From NCBI GenBank assembly GCA_040954595.2, contig CM082598.2, positions 3,778,565-3,842,564 of the forward strand: 64,000 nt of DNA, written 5' to 3'. This document shows, piece by piece, positions 12,701 to 26,563 of this stretch. Numbering within the stretch: the stretch's first letter is position 1; each line of letters starts with the position of its first letter. The translations under genes and the position numbers were made by a program. The notes beneath the pieces were generated by a model that was not told where the DNA came from, made no database searches, and saw only the letters and a list, made by a program, of their open reading frames with translations. The stretch comes from Balanoglossus misakiensis (Eukaryota; Animalia; Hemichordata).

Positions 12701-15377
12701 AAACTCTACAAGACTCTGCTAGTACATGTATGTACACCACAACATTTACAATTTGGAGCTTTGTTTTATTTTGCTACAATTTAACATTGATGATGATATG
12801 AGCTGATTATCAAAAGTAACATTGGACAGTGAATGGACAATGAATGAATGAATGAATGAATGAATGAATGAATGAATGAATGAATGAATGAATGAATGAA
12901 TGAATGAATGAATGAATGAATGAATGAATGAATGAATGAATGAATGAATATTCTCATCTTACCTGGTGTGTGACTGGAAGTCTTCGACGAGCCCAGTCTC
13001 AGTTCTCTAGGCAGACTCATTCTGGCCTTGCTTTCAATGGGTGTATCATGAATGACAGTCAGTGGGCCGTGAGTTGGACAGTCCGCTGGATGGCTGGTGT
13101 AGCAGTCAATGCACCCTGTGGGGGAGAAATACCATGACTGGAGTCATCCAATGGCAGTTTTAGGGACCAGCCATTTTACTTCATGGGTGAGGGGTATCAA
13201 GATAAGTATTGGGGGGAGGAGCATTTTCAGACATGACCCCAAAAGTCTGGTCATGAATGCCAGACAGACAAAGATACATGCATCAGTTATGGCGCTTGTT
13301 CATGGAAGCTAAAAAAAATGTGATCAAATATTTAACTCGTACTTACACAAATCGGTTATAATTGGTTCTATGACCATCTCCTCCTCTGTTTCTGTTTCCT
13401 TGGAAACGGATAATATGACCACCTGACCCTCCTCATTTTGATCACCGGAGACCGTTGTCACCGTGGTTGTCTCGGTAACTGGAGTGGCCGTCACGACTTG
13501 TCCGTCCTGCTGCTGCAGGTCGTTCGCTTCCTGCAGTACCCGGTTTGCCTGCTGCTGTATGTCATTTGGTTCCTCCACTGTGGTGACTTGCAATGGCGGC
13601 GCCTGGCTGGTCGGCATTTTTATGTTGATCCTGATTGGCTGGCCCGGGACATGTGGCGAGGTACCCTGTCTGTCTATTGGACTACTGAAAACAAAGACAT
13701 AACATCACATTTCTCTTAAACGTAGTCAGGGAAATTCAGTCAAAATAAACTGCAGTTTTGATCTTTATTGATGTCCTGATCCCTAACTGAAAATTTTGCA
13801 TGGGAAACTTGAACAGTTCAATTTCTGCATTAATTCTTTTCCTACTTAAAGTGGTAGATAGCTGACTTAACTTAACATCATTAACAGTTTGAATTTCCTG
13901 ATATTCTATTATGTTTCAAATAAAGACATGATCTGTAACTAGCACCAATCATGGGATGGCAGATTCTTTACCTCTGATCCACTATGACCGGCGGATTCAT
14001 TGAGATGGACATTGGAAAGGGTCCGTGCTGCGACTGCAACATGGGCAGGGTGGACGTGTTTACTATAATCGGCGTTTGTCCGGTCATCACATTGGTGGTT
14101 GCCGTACTCGTCTCCGTGGCGATGTTCATCGTGGACGAGATGGGAATGGCGAAGGTCTGGTTGCGATCCGGTGTGAAAGGCAATGTGATATTGCTTATAT
14201 TGCCTGCTAGGGTCAATAGATATCATTTGATTAGACAGTGTTTTTGCTTAAGTTCTCTTATTTCAAGCTACATTAGCTCTATCTTTTTCGCTAGGTTTTC
14301 GTCATTTTTGTTTTGAGTATCTACTGCAGTTTAGTACTGGGTGTATATTTGGAATAGAGAATGAAATTGTATTCGGTATACAGAACAAAAATACTGAAAA
14401 TAAAGCCAAAAGTTACAGCTGATGTCCATTTAAGGGAAGTACATGGGTGACGAAAGGAATTATATTATACCAGTACATGTATATTGATGGTGTAAATCAC
14501 GCTATTTTATTGGTCGAGACATGACATGTGACTGTGATATATTCGTCACATACCACAGTCATATATCACGCAAAACTCATAGTCTAAGAAAATGCCTTTT
14601 TAAAATGTTTTATGCAAAGTTTCAATATAAACACCCCCAGCCATGGTATACCACGAGATTTTGACCAGTTCAACTCCACATACGCACTCGCTATCGCTCG
14701 TGCGTATATGTCATATATATACCATGGCTGGGGGTATTTTATTGCTTAAATAACCCATATAAGGTTACAAAAACTTTGTGAGAAACGAAACAAAATTTAC
14801 CCAAGTGTCGGAAGGTATTTGAATCCAGAGACTGAAAACCTCTTCCATCGGACGTGACCGGGAAACTTCTTTCGCCTCCGGTCAGGTTCAGGAGAGCCCT
14901 CTCCGGAACGCTGACCGGAATCATCAGTGGGACAGAGCCCGGAATGGTGGATACCGTGCCCGGGATTCCCGGAATGGTGACGGGTACGGAGACCGGGATA
15001 GTGGTCGCCTGGAGCTGAGGCTGTCGGGAGAAAGGTGGGTGTAGTAAGTAACTGTGAATGTCAGAAAACATTTAAACAGTGGCCACTGAAATGTTGTTAC
15101 CGTTCAGATGAAAATCCTATTAATTCTATGGTAAGGGTTGGACTATTAAAGAGGGAACTGGGGGTGAAAGCACATTGTACGTCACACACGAATTTGTCCA
15201 GATGTCCAAAACACCCCCTGCTTATATACACACCTGTGGTTGAATTGCATCGTTTCTTTCATGATGTCGCTGTTGTAACGGCAGAGGTGGTGGTGGCGGC
15301 GCCGAAGTTACATTATGGACACTGTTTACAGCATTTGTCAGATGATCTATGTTAATAGTTGTCAATGATTCATTCAT
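9770..15377 (-). CDS. PRDM4: PR/SET domain zinc-finger protein 4, 10 coding exons, ~813 aa
   Basis: Exons (minus): 15377-15234, 15020-14801, 14206(or 14203)-13972, 13684-13347, 13115-12963, 12640-12519, 12311-12098, 11614-11339, 10925-10747, 10330-9770; phases consistent. PR zinc knuckle WCIDCYTSHPADCPTHGP...DTPIESKARMSLP, PR/SET motif NWMVFVRRARTQQEQNLVA...ELLVWYNRDYAK, and a C2H2 array with PRDM4-type helices (SSAKLNVH, DPSNLRMH, QKAHVTSH, TKYHLKRH). Confidence 0.93.
11635..11848. repeat. 48-bp minisatellite (~4.5 units) in a PRDM4 intron
   Basis: Repeated TTAAAGGGGCACATTGGTCTGCTGGTTTTGTCTA..TGGATCCACACA. Confidence 0.9.
12841..12948. repeat. (TGAA)n microsatellite
   Basis: Read directly from the sequence; lies next to the PRDM4 donor at 12962. 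Confidence 0.95.
14460..14750. mobile_element. Non-autonomous repeat with subterminal hairpin (Crypton-like) in a PRDM4 intron
   Basis: CCCCCAGCCATGGTATA...TATACCATGGCTGGGGG inverted pair enclosing a second hairpin (ATACGCAC..GTGCGTAT). The family assignment is inference. Confidence 0.45.
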
Positions 15378-15641
15378 TTTTTGACTACTTTTTTTTAAAC
15401 TGAAGCTTGGGTAACCTGTAAGTGATGGAAAAATGAAACTCATAAAATTATGATAAATATTACAACTTGAGAGCTGTGATGCGAAGGTGTTGTTTTGACA
15501 ATTATTAACCCCTTGGACTCATGATATTCTGGTGACCGACTGGAACCTCAACAACTGAGCTAACACAGGACATACGTCAATTTCTGATAACAAACATTTA
15601 CAAAATTAGTGTACTGTACAGACAACGGTATGTACGTATGC

Positions 15642-15690
<49 letters not shown>
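15642..15690. repeat. (GTT)n microsatellite
   Basis: Read directly from the sequence. Confidence 0.95.
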
Positions 15691-15692
<2 letters not shown>

Positions 15693-15935
15693 CAAACGAT
15701 TATGGTTTCACCTCGGTTCTGGAGAGAACACGATGAAAACCTACAGCTAGATCGAAGTAAATGGCACTACATGTATTAGTATTGTCAATATCATGACATC
15801 ATGAGTTGGTCGGAGTCTTTCCCTGACCATTCGTGTCAAGGTCAGCTCGACATTCGACAACTAAACACTCTGGCAAAACGCGGACCTTTGTCACAACGAA
15901 ATACATGTATATAAAACCTGCCAAACGAACCTTAC

Positions 15936-16050
15936 CTTATACCGAGAAACAAGGAATCAACAATCAGCGAGAATCGGTCAGTTATCAACATAACATGACG
16001 GCCAAACGACAACAATCACAAACCCCTAGGTGGCCGCCATATTGGATATG
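15936..16050 (-). promoter_or_regulatory. Probable PRDM4 promoter / non-coding first exon
   Basis: YY1-type AATATGGCGGC (minus, ~16033-16043), donor AAG|GTAAGG at 15935, and acceptor before the ATG exon at 15416-15418. Confidence 0.5.
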
Positions 16051-19000
16051 CTAATATCGGTCAGCATTGGACTATTTTCAGAAAGATACATTCGTACAAT
16101 CCAATGTCCCGTGTACGCGTATACGGAAACTGTAGAAGAAGAGAAAATATTGTCAATATTCATGAAAAAGTATTTACATGTATAAAACGTCGTTTTTGTG
16201 TGTGTCATCACTCACATTTTTGTGTGAAAAAAGTGTGAGATCGTATACTAGTATTCGTCCTAGGTCAAACCAGGTCATAAGGATAGTATTCCTTTCTTTC
16301 TTTCTTTCTCTCTTTCCCCGTGTACTCAAAATAAAACCACGATGTACCTCTTGCTACATCACAACATTCAATACAGACAAGCAAACGTATAATCCCTCTA
16401 TCTGCGGGTTTTTTTTCTGTGCGTCACAAAACATTTGCATCCGGCATAGCGCCCGCAATAGGTCACAAGCGAAATACTTTCTGATACGGCGATCAGCCAA
16501 GCCTGAGTCTCCTTGACAACGGAAGCACGTCCACTTGAACCAGTCATCAGTCGTGATTGTAATCCCACCGTAAGTGGCGCAGTCACAATGGCGGGCCTAC
16601 TTCAGTAGTCTATCATTGTACGCGTCAAGTGTACGCAGCGATAAATTACACGTTTGTGTCTATGTACCAGTCATGAAGATACACATGCATTCACGTCGTA
16701 TGCAGAAGATGCTTGCTGCCTGTGCTATGTATCCGTGCACCAATCACAAGCAGGGTAGAATCGGTGATCATGCAACCAAAAACCAACAAGAAGTAATATA
16801 TACATATACTACATGTATAATATATGCATATACTACACATTTCTGTGAAGTTAAACCGTTTTTAAAACTTCTTATCTTTTCAGAAGAAAGGAATAAACAC
16901 GTGTGTTCGTTCAAAACGGTTGGTGAAATGGCCTGTGGGATACATGCAAATTAGGTCATACCACAACTATGCTGCTTAAAAGCGAGTCTGAATAGACCTT
17001 ATGAATATTTATCATCACGGACAATGAGCTAGCTGAACCTTTACTTGCATAGACTACATAGTATGTATTAAGCACGCTTACCCAGATAGCGTCACAAGCT
17101 AGACTTAAACACCCGACGTTTTTTGTAAAACAAGCAAAGAAAGGGTTCGTTTCAGGAGATCGCGCCAAAAAGGACTATAACCGAACGAGCCGAAGGACTC
17201 TGGATCGCTATGTGATGCAGATATCTTGACTGGAGCGCGTTACGTGTGTGAGTGTTTAGAATCTATATAGGTGTAGCGATCGACGCCACCCCATTATCGG
17301 GTTGTTTACAGGTAAGTCTCACTGTCAATTAGAAGACTCGAGAAACACGCCCTTTTGGTAAAAGGGTTGCCAACCCAGACACTTTATCTATACCCAGATT
17401 TCATCCCTAAAAAGCGATCAGATATTCCTGAGTATCGATGGCGACATTTAAGCGGGGATCTGGCCTGCCGCACTATGCGCATGTCGCTGCAATTCACTTT
17501 CACTGCAGCCATGGCGAATGTACATGTATATTAAAATGCGCGTCACAGTCGACCTGCGCGCTGCCAACTGGTATATCCACAAAGCGCAGACGCTGTCAAA
17601 AAGCCGCGTTGGCTACATACGCCTGGTTACGTTTGAGCATTTATTTGAAAAATATGGCAAATATGCAATTGGGGATGCAGTTGTATTATGTAACGTAATT
17701 ACAATACTAGTATGTAGAAAGTTACACTAAACGTATCGTTAAGCTTGGATCACACGACCTGCATATTTCAATTTGATAGTAAGAACCGGACCAAATATAG
17801 ACTGTATATCTCATTCCAGCTGTTGTGATAATAAGATGCATTGTTTGTCTCTCTATGTCCCCCTCCCCCGGGAGACTGTTTGAATGACATGGGGGGGGGG
17901 TTTGTCTGGGGTTCTGAAATGTGACTGACGCTGCGATTTTCTCTGTGCGAAATTCACAAGTGGGGTGTGCCCCTGTTTTGTGTTGAACAATAGGGACGCG
18001 TACACACGCATGCCAAATACGAGGGTTGGAAACAGTTTGCGTATATATAACCGGGCATTAATGACTCCATGGAATAGCGTCGTTCGGGAGTCTTTTCGAT
18101 TATCCGGAGGTCGTTTCTGGGTCACCGGGAGTCGATCCTCACAAAATTAAAAAACAAGAAAGATAGAAACTATAATACGGGTATTATGTTAATTTCATTC
18201 GTAATATATATATGCGACATTCTTGGTTGTATGTTTGCGCAGACATAGGCCTAGGTCTGCACTGTTGCAGTTACTGTTAAATGTGCAGTTTAGAAATGTT
18301 ATAACCCAACTCGGCCGTTCATGGCGGTTTTGAAAAGTCACTTATTCTCGCTAGTGCAGAGTGAATGCGACTTCAAAAGGGCACCTGCATACCATCTGGG
18401 GTAGGGTAGGGTACGCAAACCGGGGGGGGGGGCTACAATCTCTGTAGCCAAGCGTGACGGGTAGTCTTAGTTTGAAGTTGTAGTTGTCCATGGTTGTTCA
18501 AACCACGAAAGCCTTTCTTATTTAAAAGACCAACATAAAAGACTAAATCACTCTTTGCAAGGAAAGAACAGTGAATTGGCACTCAATATAAACGCACCCA
18601 TACGACCCTGTCCTGTTGTGGCGTAGATCACGGACATCGATCAAAAACCAAATGTCTAGTTTTCTGAACATCAAAAGGGAAGAGATTAATCACCAGATTT
18701 ATACATCATTCCGGCCGCGCGCGCAATTGAAGACCGGCGCGCTGAACCGCGTCAAATGACCGGCAGCGTACAGGACGCGTCTCTGAGTGTCAGGGCTGCG
18801 GCCAAACCAGTCAACAAGTCGATTTTATGATATCGACACTGTACAACTGTCGCCCAGTATAGTTAAACTATCTTGATGTTATATTACATCTGCAATAATC
18901 GATTGAGTCCAACCTATGAAGACGCGGTGGCTTTGAACTTAAAGTTAAACCCAGGTGAGACAAAACGATTTGTTTCATTCAATTTAGTTCACTGGTGTTC

Positions 19001-22000
19001 CAATGCGATACTAAATACCTCGTCACTGGTGATAGAAAGAGAATTTTAGCAGACGACAAAATGTTCAAAATTTTCACCGTCAGTTTAGCCCATGACACGG
19101 CATGGAAGGGGGTCATTTCGGCAGGCACGAGCATTTTTTGAATTCTTCATATAAATCACCGTGTTTACTCGTTGTCCACCGTGACGATACCGGGCCACTT
19201 TGTCTAAGTAGACAAAGGATTGGTGTAGGTGTGTAGGTGTAAAATAAGTAAAATCAATTCACGCGTAAAAAACTAAGAGTCGTTTACAGATGAGAATTCG
19301 AAGGCGTTTTTGATCTAGGCAAACTTTCTTGGTCTTTTTTAACTTTAAAAAAAATGAAAGTATATCTTAAATGCCATTATCATTAAAACTATCCTAAAGC
19401 GTTAATTTTCAGGCCAGAATTCCTGTTGTGATTCCACAGCGATGGCTGACCTACATATTGGCTTTCAGATGATTGATTCCGCATTCAAAAAAGGCCAATC
19501 GGGTGATTGGTTCGAGCATTCGAAATTGGCCAATCGAGAATTAGCGTGAATGAAGTTCAGCGAATCACCGTTGCTGACACAAACTCGGAAAGTGGTACGA
19601 CTTCCACTACCAAAACCGTGACGATGGAAGTGCAGTACCCTTTTACGTCTTTTTTTCCCTTGACAACGAAATGTAACGCAGATCAATCGCATTTAGACTT
19701 TCTCCACACAATCGATGTAGGCACGGTCGATCAATGGCATCTGTAGAGTTCAATATCTCTGTCCTTGTGCATATATGCAGGCCTATATCCCGTCAGCTGT
19801 TTGCTAATGGTTCAAAGTACTCGTTCAGTCAAATTTACATAATCCGCAGTGACAAACGGACGGTTACCTTGTGCATTAGCGAACTACAGTTGTCAAAAAG
19901 TCAGCACACAAACAGTTATTGTCTTCTCGCATAATCCGCGTCAAGGACGGTACAAAATGTGGTAGCGACAAGCAGTTCATTTCTTGAGCTTTTATCATTA
20001 AAAACTGCGATAAAACGTGTGATTGTTTGTTCACAGTAACCACACATATATTATATGTGTGTGCGTATTCTCCACTAAGAGTCAATTTTAATTAATAGAC
20101 GAGGCAACTACTCTGATCTTTGGCTTCATTAATCGATGGCTTGCAGCAATGACAGCCACTATCCCGTGTTTCTATAAATCACCACCTGACACTAATCAGC
20201 AACAAAAATTAAATCCTTGTAATTAAATAACGTATCACCATAGCTGCCAGTCGCCCGTTCACAAACGACAGCTGGATGATGCAAAGTTTTATCTGGGAGA
20301 CAATTATTACCGCTATTAAAATTTCGCGCAAAACATCAAGCAACCCACCGGGCTAAAATCAAGCACACAAAATACATTAACATTGCTGTATTGAGGATTT
20401 TCAGCGGAGCATATAACCACAGTGGTAAGGTGTGAATAGCGGTTGGACCGCAAGCTTTCCCTTATCCCACGTGTAAATATGCACAGCACCGCAAACAATA
20501 ACAGTCACTCGCCAGTGTTTAGAAGTTATCGGTGAATATAACAGTTAACAGGTGGACAATCAGCGTCAGTTGTAACCTGATAAACCTTCAGGTATTTCTC
20601 TGTCTTCCTGTCTGTCTCTCTCTCTCAGTCTCTCTCTCTCTGTTCTGTTCCCCCTTCCCTCTCCCCCCCTCTCTCTGTGGCCCCATACCTCAATCACAAA
20701 GCTTCCGTGTACATGTATGCAATTTGCCACACTTTCAATTCTAACATAAACATATTACTGTACATGATCCAGTAATCGTTTATAGAACTGGATCGACATA
20801 TGGTTCCAGGTCAGTGGTGATACAATCAACAGGTGGTTTGATGGAGAGGTCAAAGGGCAAATGATGACAGCAACGAGCTGGGCGTTTGTTAACAGTTTAT
20901 ACCCGCCTCTTCTCGTGTTGCAATTATCAAGAGCCCAAGTACGTTGTAAATGCTTAAAACGATCAGAACTCGTCCCGAATCGAATTATAAGGGGCAGGCA
21001 CAGTGTATGACATATTTGATGGGCAGCAATAACATCGGTTATACCATGCAGCTGAATTCGAAAAAAGGCTTTGGTGAGAAATATGTCACTATAGATGGTG
21101 TATCGTTCACTGTGATAATACGAGAGCATGAATGAGAATCCGGTTAACACCGAGAGATCAGACTTGATAAACGGTTGAATCCAGAACACGGATAAGAAAT
21201 CTGGCAGGTCAATATAACAAAAGGACTTGTTAATAGCGAATTCTTTACTTTTCAGATGTAAACAGCGGTGGCGTTCGAACAGGAAATATTTATTATCAGG
21301 GCAGATACACACTACAAACGAAACAACTGATACATTAATTTAGCTTGGGTAACAAGATAATTAGCAGTTATGTAACTTATTGAAGTGTAAGTCATGGGAA
21401 TTGGGTCATGTAATCAACTTTAGTTGTAAAGAAAAACATCGATAGGCTCGGTCAGATGTCACATCAAATGTCAAATTTTCTAGGGTGGCGTGACGATCAG
21501 TAAGCGCAGGGTTTCTTAAATCGGTGTTTCGTGATTTTGTTTTCCTGAATTAATTAAAGTACACTGCAAGCTGTTGACATTCCAGAAAGTACCAGTCACT
21601 GAGATAAGTAGAATGGCGTTTAACCATCCCTTCACATGTTTAATTTTGTGAAACTCAGCCACTGGAAGAAAGTTGGCAATGGCGTTGATTTAAATCACCC
21701 ATGCCCTATTTAACTTTGAAGCAATGTTATAGAACTATACTTCTCTGCAGACGGTTAAGTCTACAACGCGGGGGAGTGGCCGTTTGCGGAGGAAACAAAA
21801 CCCAAGAACCCGAGTAGATGTTTAAATAGAATCTCACTTTGAATATGAATGCGTGAAACGTTTACTGTTTTCAGTTGCATGTCCGCCATTGTTAACCTCG
21901 CTTATTTGTATTCCTGACACGTTGCAATGTCTCCATGGCACAGCAACACAGCGTCCAAGTCACATATTCATTTTTCCACATCAGTGGAATTACTAGAAGG

Positions 22001-25000
22001 GGTAACTTTCTAAAGCGGGTTAGTAATCCGTGAACCGGTTATAGAAAATCGCTTTATTTGACCGTCCCTGGCACCACAGACAAGGTAAAGGTCATTGGTC
22101 ATTCTTGGGCACTTCTGCTAATGAGTAGGTTGTTAGAAAAATGTCTCGATAAGTTGGGTCGGGCGAACCCTGCGACCTCTCTCCATTGGCGGCTATAAAT
22201 TACCTGACAGCTGTGAGGGCAAACGAAACCGGTCACGTGTAAAAAAAACACAATTGAAAAGGACATTCTTGTGAGTGGTGTGATGTCTTGAACGACGGTT
22301 TTGATTGTTGTTGGGCGATCAGCCAATGAAGGGGGTCCGGGTTGGCCGTGTTCCAAGACGCCCAGCGCATTGGGACCAATACACTTGATGTTAAATTCAA
22401 TCTCCTCCGTGGTTATCCAAATCTGATTGGATTATTCCAGAAGGAGTGCATGGAGTAAGTGTTAAAACGAATACACGTGAAAACGACGTCTTTGGAAGTT
22501 CTAATCGCAATCAGATTCGACGCGGCTGTTTCTTCGGAAACTGGGCTATGAACAGCTTATGAACTTTTTGAACTTTTGAAGTGCATTCAAATACATAGGA
22601 ATCGCATTGTAATTTTCCTCAGAAGTTTAATTTCCTTCTTGTCGTGTGGATGACAAAGATTTTTGCCGGCTATTTTAATTCGCTACGGAAGTACCACGGT
22701 ACCCATTATATTGAACACTGGGTTAGTTAATGTGACGTATATCTACAGGACAGTTGGTAATTTACCAGCGAATCTCACTTCGCGATTTTCGCTTGTCTGG
22801 AGCCGGGTGTAAATTCATAATCACTTGCAGGCATATAAATCGAGGTCCTGTCCACATAAACCCGGCTCATAGGGGAAACTAAAGCACATAAGACTGTGTA
22901 AGATCCCGGCAGCCAATCAATCATTTAATGGTAGAGTCTTGCTGATTGGACTTTGATGAGGCTTTGCTATAGAAAATAGATATCTATATGCAGGAGCATG
23001 CATAAGAATACATTTGTCTCGGATGCTAGCGTGTTATGTTTTCCTGTATGAGTGTGTTGATGACGTGTGCGCCTGGAAGGCTGGACAGATGTTTTCCAGG
23101 AGAAATGAAGCAAACCTGTCAATTGCCTTGCAGGAGTTTCCGTTATATCGAAGATGATATATATACTGGACGAGCTAAGATAGCCTTGTCCCGATTGGAC
23201 AATCGATACGAAACAGGTCACTAATAGGCCCATCACAACCAATCAAAAACGCGGATAATTTGGTGCCTGGGTAACTAATTCATCGTGTGCTAAAACTCTT
23301 CCGGACCAAACATCGAATTGACCTAGGTTAAATGTATCTTTTATGGCTAAGTTTATTTATGACGACAGCAGATATTGGCGTGAAAGTAAAAACAATTTTA
23401 ATATGCCTGTGTCCTAACGTTTGGCATTTTGACAGACAGTTGATGTCAGGGCTGGCTGTCCGCGAATTAGTTTGAAATCGTGTAATCTTCATCCCTTCTT
23501 GTTTCATTCACCTTCGGTTTGGGACAGACACTATTAATAAGGAATTTATTCACATAATTCGAAAAGGTCGCGCGCGCAGCTTGCAGTGGACTCATGGAGA
23601 CGGGCGCTCGCTAATTGGAATGTTTCTAGTGAACGCAATTACGTCCAGGGTCGCGGAGCTACTGTGTTACGCAGGCACAGCAGGTTACGTTATCCACACC
23701 ACGGAACCAATGATGATGCATGTGAATGTATGTAACCATGCGAGTAAATGATGGTAAACTCAGGCATGGTTTAAGAGACTAGGGATTGAAGTACAAAGAC
23801 TGTCTATAGATCACAAGGAGACTCCATAGATCACATGAATTAAACCTAACCCTAACCCTAACCATGTCATTAAACTATTTTTAATATATTAAAAAATGAT
23901 ATGCTGGTAGAAATTAATTATGAGGTGTTCAGTGGACACAAACAGTCGTAGGCTGGTAGAAAGTGGATGCAACTAAATTTTCATAATTGTTTAACCCTCC
24001 AAGATTATATATTTTAATGTCTTTAGAATGTGTGTAGATGGCCCATTATCATGATTATTGCCATTTCATCAGACATTTGCCCCAGGACTCAAACTGACAG
24101 TCGAATGTGGAAAAACACTAGCATAACTGTGACTCGAACATTTCCACTAATTAGTTAACCTCTGCTAAAGGACCCACCGCTTTTTGCAAAACAGGCTGTG
24201 TTTGTGCAGACGGCTGTAGGGCCAAAGGGTAATGCAATATGCAGTCTGTGTTGATACTCACAGCCTGTTCGTTTGGGAGTATTAACCTCACCCTTGTATT
24301 TTCGACAGTCAACTAGTCCCTGCAGGAAAACCAACTGTAACAACCACGGCACACTGAGTGACCTCAGAGCTGTAGGCCATCTGAGTTGTACAATAATCAC
24401 AACAGGAAGGCCGATACAGAACATATCATTCCATGGCATGTGTGTGATAATTAAATAGCCGTCTAACATCATGATACACAGTGCATAAATATCCTGATAA
24501 ATTGAAACACAGCTTGTACAGTTGAAGAACACATGATTAAAAGCATGCATGAGTTAAATTTCTACCATTGAACCAATCATGGTATTGTAAATTTTGGATT
24601 TTCTGAATTCGTGTTAACCTCCTGATAGTGTTTGTCAGTTTTTTTGTGCAGACATGTTACCAAACCAATGTGGCATAAGCAAACAGTATCAGAACTAGCA
24701 ACTTTTCATTATCGAAAATAAACAATTATGCTGTGGTTATTTTTGAAGCCCTTTAGTATACTATTCTGCTTGCTGATTCGTGTGTGGCTGGCTGTTCACC
24801 TGTCAAATATTTGATTAGGCGTTTCAAAATGACAAAGTTATATTCTGCTGCAGTGCAAGCTGCCACACTATTTGGCGGCCATTTTGAATTTTATATGCAA
24901 ATTTATAGTAAACAATGTCAGTGCTTGTTCTGTGACCTGGACATCTCTTTTTTTAATTTTAAAACGACAAAATGTGTTATCAGCCATGGAAATCATTCTC

Positions 25001-25491
25001 GAAGATTGTAAATGCAAATTTGGATAAAGTCAATAGCCAAATTGTGTGCATACTTAGAGATGTGGGTTAATTTCATCTATAACCTTTCACTTTAATTTTT
25101 TTCAGGGACTCTGTGAGCCCTCTGACATGTCAGCTGCATATGCATGATAAATTACACCATTGTATTGAACACAATGAACAATAGTGGTACATTAACATGA
25201 CAATAGAGCTAAAAATACAGTAGGCCTACTAGTATTTTCGCGCGCGTACCTAAAAGTTCATCTTGTAAATTTGCGGAGAGTTTCACTGTAGATTTTGGAC
25301 AGCATTCAGATCAGAATGAGGTGAGGTTTTTGTTTTACACTTTATGATGATGTCGAATGCAATATATCTCTGAGTATACAGTATTTAATTTGAAATAGCA
25401 TCATAAACATGTATTTACGGGTATGCCTATTAATTGCATAAGTAAATGTAATACCATATTTTTATTGACGGGAAATTATTTTATAGAATAT

Positions 25492-25640
25492 TCTGGCATT
25501 ATATCACATTATAATAATTCCATACAGGATTTGTACATCCACCTTTCGTTTAATCAGATGCCAATCTGGCATTATATCACATTATAATAATTCCATACAG
25601 GATTTGTACATCCACCTTTCGTTTAATCAGATGCCAATCT
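25492..25640. repeat. 73-bp perfect tandem duplication
   Basis: TCTGGCATTATATCACATTATAATAATTCC...GATGCCAA at 25492 and 25565. Confidence 0.9.
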
Positions 25641-26563
25641 AGTGATGAGTTTAGGATATTAAAACAGTAATTATCATGTAACCTGATGACCTCGCCATAT
25701 CTGCTATTAATGCATTAGCTTATACATGACAGTTGTTTACTGCAAATTCCAAGTAAGGAGTTTCAGGACTAGTTATCAGGATGGTGATCTTCTTGCCAAA
25801 TGGACACACGTATCAATTTAAGATGTTTACTCAGTGCCAGGATAGTTGTTGTTGATGATGAATGGTTACATTTCATTATGGGCGTGGGGTTTATTAATTC
25901 ATTAATTATGCATGCTGGTAGCAACAAAATGGTGGAAACTTCACTGTGATGGAAAAACAAATTATTTGGGGCACTAATGTATACCTCCATATATAATAAC
26001 GATGACAAGTTTCATTTTCGTGTGTATTATAATCAGATATGTGTGCCTATAATATGCACTTAAATAATTTTACTCGTCGAAAATTACACCTTCAGTTAAT
26101 TCTATATTGGCTTATGTGTAAAAGAGATTTTCAACACAGTCAGGGTTTATAGAATATAGTACATGTACTGACCCCAAAATGGCGGACTGAGTGCAATATC
26201 CTGGAGGAATGATTCGCACGACAGACAAACTGCCAGACAGTGAGACTGTCTGAGAGCAATCCCGGGTGAAGGATGATATATGGCCTTAGATTAATAATCA
26301 GTCTTAATGCCATGATGCCCTAGCGACTGAACTGTATTGGACATCTTAATTCCGTGTTCAGTCACACTGAACAACTGGTACTGATTGTTGTCATGGCCAC
26401 CGTCGGCGATACCATGGTAACAATTTCTCTAGCTGATGTCATCCTAAACTTGCAGCTATGTCATAAAAGTCAGAAAATCAGGTTCGAAATACCAATAACA
26501 CTGTGATGCTTTTTCCTTGACAGAATTTTGAAGATTGTCCGAAGGTATCAATAGATTTTCAAG

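Noticed and set aside
20755-21312. 185-aa minus ORF and coding-like plus-strand fragments
   Set aside because: No recognisable motif, no consistent splice sites, and plus frames are interrupted by stops; possibly decayed TE sequence.
23845-23863. Short (CCCTAA)n telomere-like tract
   Set aside because: Only about three units; common inside repeats, and no evidence of a chromosome end or fusion.
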